From Mustelus asterias (lineage: Eukaryota), in contig NC_135831.1 in NCBI RefSeq assembly GCF_964213995.1, forward strand, positions 3,348,001 through 3,398,197: a stretch of 50,197 nucleotides of DNA. Reading direction: 5' to 3'. Position 1 is the stretch's first letter. Every line of letters starts with the position of its first letter. A program made the translations under genes and the position numbers. The notes below the pieces were generated by a model. It did no database searches. It worked only from the letters and a program-made list of their open reading frames with translations, and was not told where the DNA came from. Of the stretch, positions 35,901-47,200 are shown piece after piece.

Positions 35901-37611
35901 ATTGGGACGAGCTTAATCGTTTAAAAAAAAGGGCGGCATGGACAAGCTGGGTGGGAGGGCCTGATTCCATGCTGTAAACCTCTGTGACTCCATGTGATTC
36001 ATAGAATCCCGACAGTGCAGAAGGAGACCATTCAGTTCATCAAGTCTGCACCGAGCACATTCCCACAAAGGCCCCATTCCCAAAACCCCCTGCATATACC
36101 CAAGCTAGTCCCCTTGACATTCAGGGGCAATTTAGCGTGGCCAATCCACCTAACCTGCACATCTTTGGACACTAAGGGACAATTTAGCATGGCCAATCCA
36201 CCTAACCTACACATCTTTGGACACTAAGGGACAATTTAGCATGGCCAATCCACCTAACCTACACATCTTTGGACACTAAGGGATAATTTAGCATGGCCAA
36301 TCCACCTAACCTGCACATCTTTGGACACTAAGGGATAATTTAGCATGGCCAATCCACCTAACCTACACATCTTTGGACACTAAGGGATAATTTAGCATGG
36401 CCAATCCACCTAACCTGCACATCTTTGGACACTAAGGGACAATTGAGCATGGCCAATCCACCTAACCTGCACATCTTTGGACACTAAGGGGCAGTTTAGC
36501 ATGGCCAATCCACCTAACCTGCACATCTTTGGACACTAAGGGGCAATTTAGCATGGCCAATCCACCTAACCTACACATCTTTGGACACTGAGGGGCAATT
36601 TAACATGGCCAATCCACCTAACCTGCACATCTTTGGACACTAAGGGGCAATTTAGCATGGCCAATCCACCTAACCTGCACATCTTTGGACACTAAGGGGC
36701 AATTTAGCATGGCCAATCCACCTAACCTACACATCTTTGGACACTAAGGGGCAATTTAGCACGGTGAATCCACCTAACCTACACATCTTTGGATACTAAG
36801 GGGCAATTTAACATGGCCAATCCACCTAACCTACACATCTTTGGATACTAAGGGGCAATTTAACATGGCCTAAGCACCGAACCCGCACCTCATCTTAGAC
36901 AGTGTGAGGAAACCAGAGCACCCGGAGGAAACCCACGCAGACACGGGGAGAGTGTGCAGACTCCGCACAGACAGTGACCCAAGCCGAGAATCGAACCTGG
37001 TTCTGTGAGGCAGCAGTGCTAACCCACTGTGCCACCCCTGCTTCTGGTTTCTATGTAGCTTGTTTTTTCAGAACTCCTGCGAATGGCCGTGGGGGGACGT
37101 CTCGTCATGTGAAAGGCGTTAGCGAAGGCACAGGTTGTTGTTGTACACGGCGTGGCCGGATTCAGCCACGGCAACGGTAACTGTGAGAGACAAGCATGCT
37201 GGGAATTATAGCCAAGCTGGGTCGGACACAGATGCAGGTCAGAGAAGGGCGGCACGGTGGCACAGTGGTTAGCACTGCTGCTTCACAGCTCCAGGGTCCC
37301 GGGTTCGATTCTCGGCTTGGGTCACTGTCTGTGTGGAGTTTGCACATTCTCCTCGTGTCTGCGTGGGTTTCCTCCGGGTGCTCCGGTTTCATCCCACAGT
37401 CCAAAGATGTGCGGGTTAGGTTGATTGGCCATGCTAAAAATAAATTGCCCCTTAGAGTCCTGAGATGCGTAGGTTAGAGGGATTAGCGGGTAAATATGTG
37501 GGGGTAGGGCCTGGGTGGGATTGTGGTCGGTGCAGACTCGATGGGCCGAATGGCCTCCTTCTGCACTGTAGGGTTTCTATGATTTCTAAGGCTACACCAT
37601 TAAAGGAAAGA

Positions 37612-38880
37612 CATAGAAAAATAGAAACATAGAAAAACCACAGCACAAAACAGGCCCTTCGGCCCCACAAGTTGTGCCGAACATATCCCTACCTTTTAGG
37701 CCTACCTATAACCCTCCATCCTATTAAGTCCCATGTACTCATCCAGGAGTCTCTTAAAAGACCCTATTGAGTTTGCCTCCACCACCACTGACGGCAGCCG
37801 ATTCCACTCGCCCACCACCCTCTGTGTGAAAAACTTCCCCCTAACATTTCCCCTGTACCTACCCCCCAGCACCTTAAACCTGTGTCCTCTCGTAGCAGAC
37901 ATTTCCACCCTGGGAAAAAGCCTCTGAGAGTCCACCCGATCTATGCCTCTCAACATCTTATATACCTCTATTAGGCCTCCTCTCATCCTACGTCTCTCCA
38001 AGGAGAAAAGACCGAGCTCCCTCAGCCTATCCTCATAAGGCATGCCACTCAATCCAGGCAACATCCTTGTAAATCTCCTCTGCACCCTTTCAATCTTTTC
38101 CACATCCTTCCTGTAATGAGGCGACCAGAACTGAGCACAGTACTCCAAGTGGGGTCTGACGAGGGTCTTATATAACTGCATCATTATCCCTGGACTCCTA
38201 AACTCAATCCCTCGATTGATAAAGGCCAGCACACCATACGCCTTCTTAACCACCTCCTCCACCTGCGGGGCCGATTTTAGAGTCCTATGGACCCGGACCC
38301 CAAGGTCCTTCCGATCCTCTACAGTACTAAGAGTCTTTCCCTTTATATTGTACTCCTTCATCCCATTTGACCTGCCAAAATGGACCACTACGCATTTATC
38401 TGGGTTGAAGTCCATCTGCCACTTCACCGCCCAGTCTTGTATCCCATCTATGTCCCTCTGTAACCTCTGACATCCCTCCAGACTATCCACAACCCCACCA
38501 ACCTTCGTGTCGTCGGCAAACGTACCAACCCATCCCTCCACTTCCTCATCCAGGTCATTTATGAAAATGACAAACAGCAAGGGCCCCAGAACAGATCCCT
38601 GGGGCACCCCACTGGTGACCGACCTCCATTTAGAAAATGATCCATCTATACCCACTCTCTGCCTCCTTTGGGCAAGCCAGTTCTGGATCCACAGGGCAGC
38701 AGCCCCTTGGATGCCATGCCCTCTCACTTTTTCTAGAAGCCTTGCATGGGGAACCTTATCGAACGCCTTGCTAAAATCCATATAAACCACATCTACCGCC
38801 TTCCCTTCGTCAATGTGTTTAGTCACATTTTCGAAGAACTCCACCAGGCTCGGAAGGCACGATCTGCCTTTGACAAAGCC
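37612..38880 (-). mobile_element. 5'-truncated CR1 LINE (unit 3 copy)
   Basis: ORF 37702..38844, same motifs. Confidence 0.92.
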
Positions 38881-41194
38881 AAAGATATTGACAAACTGGA
38901 AAGAGTGCAGAGAAGATTTACCAGAATGTTGCCAGGACTGGTGGGCCTGGGTTTTAGGGAGCGGTTGGCCAAACTAGGACTTTATTCCTTGGGACATAGG
39001 AGAATGAGTGACGTATCTGAGGCGTTTAAAACCACGAGGGGCAGAGATAGGAAGAACGCACAAAGTCTTTATCCCAGGATAGAGGGAATTGAAAACCGGA
39101 GGGCAGAGGTTAAAGGTGAGAGGGGAAAGGGACCTGAGGGGCACCTTCCTGACGCAGAGGGTGGTGCCTGTATGGAATGCCAAAGAAAGTGGTCGAGGCA
39201 GGTATAATAGCGACATTTAGAAAGCATTTGGATAAGTACAGGGATGGGAAAGAATTAGAGGGATATGGGCCAAACGCGGGCAATTGGGACTAGCTAGGAG
39301 AGCAGCATGGATCGGTTGGGCCGAAGAGCCTGTTCCCATGCTGTGGTGCTCCATGACCCTATGACCTGTCCTGGGAGAGGTTACTTGACATTCCTTTGTT
39401 GACCAATTAAGGATGGTTGTTTAGGCCGGTGTTAGGCATCCCCTGAGCCTTTGTCACCATACACGGTGAGGCTACGTACCTTACATGCCGCCCTGGTATA
39501 ACCGTTTGGGAGTGGCTGACGAGTAACTCCACTGGCTACAATCGAATATTGCCATCAGTTTCCGGTGGTGTCATTGGCTGGAGTCCAGAGAACTTTCTGG
39601 AAGGATGTGCGAAGCTTAAGATAAAAGAAGTCTTTGTCCTCGCCAGAAGTGTGAGAATGGCATTGGCAACGTGTGCCCCGAAGATAGCTTCAGAGAAGGA
39701 CCGAGAGGAAGATTCGTACTGGGAAGCGGACCTGGCCAGTTCACCCATGTGGGTAGTATTTGCATTCACTCAAAAACTTAAAGATAAAGAGTTCAAATTG
39801 GAACTAAAATTAAACTAGAGTTTGGCCACTTTGCACGTTTTATTATTGTATTGGGATAGAGTGAAAAGTATTGTTTCTTGCGCACTATACAGACAAAGCA
39901 TACCGTTCATAGAGTACATAGGGGAGAAGGATTTGATTTATTATTGTCACATGTATTGGGATAGAGTGAAAAGTATTGTTTCTTGCGCGCTATACAGACA
40001 AAGCATACCGTTCATAGAGTACATAGGGGAGAAGGATTTGATTTATTATTGTCACATGTATTGGGATACAGTGAAAAGTATTGTTTCTTGCACGCTGTGT
40101 GGACAAAGCATACCGTTCATAGAGAAGGAAAGCAGAGAATGCAGAATGTAGTGTTACAGTTATAGCTAGGGTGTAGAGAAAGATCAACTTAATGCGAGGT
40201 CGGTCCATTCAAAAGTCTGACAGCAGCAGGGAAGAAGCTGTTCTTGAGACGGTTGGTACGTGACCTCAGACTTTTGTGGCTTTAAGATTCTGAGGGCTGT
40301 TGACAGGGTGGGATGTGGAGAGGATCTTTCTTCTTGTGGGAGAAACTGGAACTAGGGGGCCAGTGTTTAAAAATAAGGGAGGCCCATTTGAGACGGAGAT
40401 GGGGAGAAATGTTTACTCTTAGAGGGCGATGACTCTCTGGAACTCTCTTCCTCAAGAGAGGCTTAGTGGTATTATCGCTAGACTATTAACCCAGAAACTC
40501 AGCTAATGTTCTGGGGGACCCGGGTTCGAATCCCGTCACGGCAGTTGGTGGAATTTGAATTTAATTTTTAAAAAGTCTGGAATTCAGAACCTACTGATGA
40601 CCCATTGTCGGAAAAACCAATCCGGTTCCTTTAGGGAAGGAAATCTGCCGTCCTTACCCCTGTCTGGCCATCACGCAAACCAGCCTCCCATCCATTGACT
40701 CTGTCTACACTTCCCGCTGCCTCGGGGGGAAAAGCAGCCAGAATAATCAAGGACCCCACGCGCCCCCGGACATTCTCTTTTCCACCTTCTTCCGTCAGGA
40801 AAAAGATACAAATGTCTGAGGTCACGCACCAACCGACTCAAGAACAGCTTCTTCCCTGCTGCCGTCAGACTTTTGAATGGACCTACCTCGCATTAAGTTG
40901 ATCTTTCTCTACACCCTAGCTATGACTGTAACACTACATTCTGCACCCTCTCCTTTCCTTCTCTATGAACGGTACGCTCTGTCTGTATATCGCGCAAGAA
41001 ACAATACTTTTCACTGTATCCCAATACATGTGACAATAATAAATCAAATTAAATGTGACTCCAGAGCCAAGGCAATGTGGTTGACTCTCAACTGCCCTCC
41101 AAGGGCAACTAGGGATGGGCAATAAATGCTGGGCCCAGCCAACGATGCCCATGCCCCGCTAATGAATATGAAAATAAGCTGTGAATGTTTTTAA

Positions 41195-44069
41195 ACACAG
41201 TAAGAAGTTTAACAACACCAGGTTAAAGTCCAACAGGTTTATTTGGTAGCAAAAGCCACACAAGCTTTCGGAGCTCCAAGTCCCTTCTTCAGGTGAGTGG
41301 GAATTCTGTTCACAAACAGAACTTATAAAGACACAGACTCAATTTACATGAATAATGGTTGGAATGCGAATACTTACAACTAATCAAGTCTTTAAGAAAC
41401 AAAACAACGTGAGTGGAGAGAGCATCAAGACAGGCTAAAAAGATGTGTATTGTCTCCAGACAAGACAGCCAGTGAAACTCTGTGGGGGTTACAAATAGTG
41501 TGACATGAACCCAATATCCCGGTTGAGGCTGTCCTCGTGTGTGCGGAACTTGGCTATCAGTTTCTGCTCAGCGACTCTGCGCTGTCGTGTGTCGCGAAGG
41601 TCGCCTTGGAGAACGCTTACCCGAATATCAGAGGCCGAATGCCCGTGACCGCTGAAGTGCTCCCCAACAGGAAGAGAACAGTCTTGCCTGGTGATTGTCA
41701 AGCGGTGTTCATTCATCCGTTGTCGCAGCGTCTGCTTAGTTTCCCCAATGTACCATGCCTCGGGACATCCTTTCCTGCAGCGTATCAGGTAGACAACGTT
41801 GGCCAAGTTGCAAGAGTATGTACCGTGTACCTGGTGGATGGTGTTCTCACGTGAGATGATGGCATCCGTGTCGATGATCCGGCACGTCTTGCAGAGGTTG
41901 CTGTGGCAGGGTTGTGTGGTGTCATGGTCACTGTTCTCCTGAAGGCTGGGTAGTTTGCTGCGGACAATGGTCTGTTTGAGGTTGTGCGGTTGTTTGAAGG
42001 CAAGAAGTGGGGGTGTGGAGATGGCCTTGGCGAGATGTTCGTCTTCATCAATGACATGTTGAAGGCTCCGGAGGAGATGCCGTAGCTTCTCCGCTCCGGG
42101 GAAGTACTGGACGACGAAGGGTACTCTGTCCACTGTGTCCCGTGTTTGTCTTGTGAGGAGGTCGGTGCGGTTTTTCGCTGTGGCACGTTGGAACTGTTGA
42201 TCAATGAGTCGAGCGCCATATCCTGTTCTTATGAGGGCATCTTTCAGCGTCTGGAGGTGTCTGTTGCGATCCTCCTCATCCGAGCAGATCTTGTGTATTC
42301 GGAGGGCTTGTCCGTAGGGGATGGCTTCTTTTACGTGTTTAGGGTGGAAGCTGGAGAAGTGGAGCATCGTGAGGTTATCCGTGGGCTTGCGGTACAGTGA
42401 GGTGCTGAGGTGACCGTCCTTAATGGAGATGCGTGTGTCCAAGAATGCAACCGATTCCGGAGAGTAGTCTATGGTGAGTCTGATGGTGGGATGGAACTTG
42501 TTGATGTCATCATAGAGTTGTTTCAGTGATTGTTCACCATGAGTCCAAAGGAAGAAAATGTCATCGATGTATCTAGTGTATAGCATCGGTTGAAGGTCCC
42601 GTGCGGTGAAGAAGTCTTGTTCGAACCTGTGCATGAAGATGTTGGCATATTGAGGTGCGAATTTGGTTCCCATGGCTGTTCCGTGTGTCTGGATGAAGAA
42701 CTGGTTGTTGAAGGTGAAGATATTGTGGTCCAGGATGAAGCAGATGAGATGTAAAATTGCATCTGGAAACTGGCAGTTGTTGGCGCTGAGCACTGAGGCC
42801 GTTGCAGCAATGCCATCGTCATGGGGGATGCTGGTGTAGAGTGCCGAGACATCCATTGTGACGAGGAGCGCTCCTGGTTCAACTGCTCCATGTGTGCCGA
42901 GTTTCTGTAGGAAGTCCGTCGTGTCACGACAAAAGCTGGGGGTTCTTTGTACAATGGGTTTCAGGATGCCCTCGACATAGCCGGAGAGGTTCTCGCACAG
43001 GGTCCCATTGCCCGATACGATGGGACGGCCGGGTGTGTTTGCCTTGTGTATCTTCAGGAGGCAGTAGAGATCTCCAACGCGGGGAGTACGTGGGATGAGA
43101 GCACGGAGGGTGCTCTGAAGGTCCGGATCAAAGGTCTTGATCAGTCTGTTGAGTTGACGGGTGTGTTCTTTGGTCGGATCTGCAGGTAACTGTCTGTAGT
43201 GTTCCTCGTTGTTGAGTTGTCAGTACACTTCTTTGCAGTAATCTGTTCCGTTCAATATCACGATGGCCCCTCCTTTGTCTGCTGGTTTGATGACAATGTT
43301 GCGGTTGGTCTTGAGAGCGTGGATGGCGTTACGTTGTGCTTGGGTGATGTTCGGGGCTGTCTTGTGAGTGCGGCTGATGAATTTGGTGTTGACGCACCTC
43401 CTGACGGCTTGGGCATACATGTCAAGTCGAGGGCAGCGGCCTTCCGGAGGAGTCCAATTCGACTCTTTCCTCTTCGGATGCACTGCGGATCTCTCTGTCG
43501 GCTGTTCCGGTTCATTGGCTGTCTCATTGTGTTCGCTGTTGGCCTCTTGGGGTTTGTGGAAGAACTCCCGCAGCCTCATTCGCCTGATGAATTCCTCTGT
43601 GTCTGCTGCGAGACTGATGGGTCTATTTTGGTGGTGGGGCAAAAATTAAGCCCTCGGCTTAGAACTTCGATTTCATCTGGTTGAAGTGTGTAGTCGGACA
43701 AGTTGACAATGGACTTCCCTGCAGTGGTACTGTTTCCTACTGTGGTACCGGGGGAGGCTTGGTTGATGCTGGTGGTGATGCCGAGTTTCTCAAGTTTCCT
43801 GTTCTTGGTGTGCATGTAGATGGCGTAGTTCCGTTGTCTCGTCTGCTTGGCAGAGTTTCACACCTGGTCTGCGTCCTGAGCGCAAGTTGAGAATATGGAC
43901 TCTATCTTGGTTTCCAGGCTGCGGCGTTTGCTGTAGAGTTGGTGTATGAGGTGGTTGAGGAGGGTGAGAGAGGTGCGACGGCAAAGTCTCTCAGCGTAGT
44001 CTGTGTTATAGGTTGACCTGAGTGGGTTCGTGATCCGTAGTCCTTTCGGTATTTTGTCTGCTTTCTTGC
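41195..44069 (-). mobile_element. Penelope-like element (unit 3 copy), 205 bp downstream of the intact LRR gene's stop
   Basis: ORF 41489..42856 and 43220..43642; same stop and TSD. Confidence 0.92.
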
Positions 44070-44274
44070 AATGTTTTTAAGACAGGGCGAGATCGATTCT
44101 TGATTAACAAGGAGGGGTGAAAGGTTATCAGGAATAGCAGGGGTGGAGGCGATGCAGATTTAAGGCTCCAATCAGATCAGCCATGATCTTATTGACTGGC
44201 AGAACAGGCTTGAGGGGCCGAATGGCCTACTCCTGCTCCTATGTTTGATTTTCCAATACAAGCGCACAAAGGCG

Positions 44275-47200
44275 TCAGTAGGAGCCTTCGCCCGATGGTG
44301 GGGGGCTCCCCATCCCACTGATGCTGGGGGTTAAGTCATCATCCAGGAGCTGCCCACTGTCGTCCCTCTCCCTGCCCCCCGGCTCGCCGTCAGGGCTGGG
44401 GGCGGGGTAGATCTGCCGAGGGTCGGGCAGCAGCAGGCTGTACCGCACCAGCTTGATGCCAAAGGGCCTCCGGGCCAGCTCCCTCATGGGCACCAGGCAC
44501 CTGCGGTGAAAGCGGGCAACAGACAACAGGAGGAGGCAGTTCGCTAACAGCACAAGGGCGAGGGCGAGGCAGTGGAGGAGGAAGAGCAGGTAGCAGCTCG
44601 AACCCCAGGGGCCCAGCGCCTCGAGGAGGCCAAACATCCGCCCCCAGCGGTTAACTGAATCCTCGGGGCTGGCGGAGGTCGGGTGGGATCGACTGGTGGC
44701 CTGAGGGCTGCTGCGAACCGTCAGGGCCCCGTATCCAGGCGTGCTGGATTTGCACAGTTCCAATGGGGAAAGCTGAAAGAGGGGTCGCCCTTCCATGCTA
44801 ATGGGGGTATTGCAAATAATGCCTTTGTCATCGAAGGTTCCATTGCCACAAGACATTGCTCTCTCCATCAACTCCATCCATTCCATCAAATACTCAACGT
44901 CACAATTACAATGCAATGGGTTCCCAGACAGAAGGAGACAAAATGCAGGATTTATCCCAAAAATCTCCCGAGGAATTGTCCTGATCTGGTTGTTGGAGAT
45001 GTCTAAGGTTGTCAGATTTCTCAGGCTGTGGAGTGAGTTATTGGGGAATCTCTCAATGCGGTTCCCAGGTAGGATTAAGTGTCTGAGATTCCCCAAGGAA
45101 TCAAAGATGCCATCGGGAATGACCCGGATCGCGTTCCCCTTGACGCTGAGCGCCTCCAGGGACACCAAGACGTCGAACGCTCTCTCGGGGAGATCGGGAA
45201 TCTGATTGTGGTCGAGGACTAGCTTCCTGAGATTCCGGAGGTTCCTGAAGTCAGGAATTCCGGTCAAGGAGTTGGACGAGAGATCCAACTTTTCCAAGGG
45301 GAGTGGAGAGTCCGGGTCAAAGTGTTGAATCTGGTTGTGGGAGAGATCGAGGTCTTTGAGGTGCGGGAGGCTTTGGAACGAGGTTAAGGGAACAGAGGAG
45401 AGGTTGTTGTAGTTCAGTAAGAGGATCTCTGTATCCGTTGGGAGAGGATGAGGGACGGACACAAGGGACCGGTGACTGCAGTTGGTTCCTCTCTTACCTT
45501 CCAAATCGGTGTATGAGGCACAAATCTCCGGGGGAGGAGATGTCTTGAACAAATTAACGGTGGAAGTGGATATGTGGGATCTTTCTGTGCCTGTGGGCGT
45601 CTGAGGGGCCGTTCTGATGGTTGTCACAACGTGACAGATTTGTTTGAGCGGAAATTCGATAATCGGGGTCCCTTTCCATCCCGGCGGACTAGAACAAACA
45701 ACACTCTTGGAATCGGACTGTCCTATACTTTCGTAAATACTTCCATTTTTGAACTGAATCCATTCTATTAAATTGGGCACAGTGTCGCAATCACAATGCC
45801 ACGGATTGTTGTAAAGATAGATGTAAGGGGCAAAGATGTTCTCAAAGCCTCGAGGAACTGAACTTAGATTGTTGTTTGAGATGTCAAAGGTGTCCAGGTT
45901 TTGGGCGCCTCGTAGAGAGTTTTCAGGGAATCTCTCGATTCGGTTCCCAGACAGGATTAAGTGTCTGAGATTCCCCAAGGAGTCAAAAATGCCATCGGGA
46001 ATTACCCGGATCGCGTTCCCCTTGACCCTGAGCTCCTCCAGGGACACCAAGAGGTCGAACGCTCTCTCGGGGAGATCAGGAATCTGATTGTGGTCGAGGA
46101 CCAGCTTCCTGAGGTTCCGGAGGTTCTTGAACTCCGGAATTCCGGTCAAGGAGTTGGACGAGAGATCCAACTTTTCCAAGGCGAGTGGAGAGTCAGGGTC
46201 AAAATGTTGAATCTGGTTGTGGGAGAGATCGAGGCCTTTGAGGTGCGGGAGGCTTTGGAACGAGGTTAAGGGGACAGAGGAGAGGTTGTTGTAGTTCAGT
46301 AAGAGGATCTCTGTATCCGTTGGGAGAGGATGAGGGATGGACACAAGGGACCGGTGACTGCAGTTGGTTCCTCTCTTACCTTCCAAATCGGTGTATGAGG
46401 CGCAAAGCTCCGGGGGAGGAGATGTCTTGAACAAATTAAGGGTGGAAGTGGATATGTGGGATCTTTCTGTGCCTGTGGGCATCTGAGGGGCCGTTCTGAT
46501 GGTTGTCACAACGTGACAGATTTGTTCGAGCGGGAATTCGACAATCGGCGTCGTTTTCCATCCCGGCGGACTAGAACAAACAACGCTTTTGGAGTCGGAC
46601 AGTCCTATACTATCGTAAATACTTCCGTCAACATTCCTAATCCATTCTGTAAAGTTCTCCACAGTGTCGCAATCACAATGCCACGGATTGTTGTAAATAT
46701 AGATGTAAGGGGCAAAGATGTTCTCAAAGGCTCGAGGAAATGAACTTAGATTGTTGTTTGAGATGTCAAAGGTGTCCAGGTTTTTGGGGCCTTGCAGAAA
46801 ATTCCCAGGGAATCTCTCGATTCGGTTCCCAGACAGGGTTAGGCGTGTGAGTTCCTCCAACTGGTCAAAGATGCCATCGGGAATGACGCGGATCGCGTTT
46901 CCCTTGACGCTGAGCTCCTCCAGGGACACCAAGACGTCGAACGCTCTCTCGGGGAGATCGGGAATCTGATTGTGGTCGAGGACCAGCTTCTTGAGGTTCC
47001 GGAGGTTCTTGAAGTCAGGAATTCCGGTCAAGGAGTTGGACGAGATATCCAACTTTTCCAATGGGAGAAGAGAGACCAGGTCAAAGTGTTGAATCTGGTT
47101 GTGGGAGAGATCGAGGTCTTTGAGGTACGGGAGGCTTTGGAACGAGGTTAAGGGGACAGAGGAGAGGTTGTTGTAGTTCAGTAAGAGGATCTCTGTATCC

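Larger units (their letters stand above)
28943..44206. repeat. Tandem segmental duplication unit 3 (15,264 bp)
   Basis: Collinear copy with one extra 882-bp LRR module and VNTR length changes. Confidence 0.95.
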
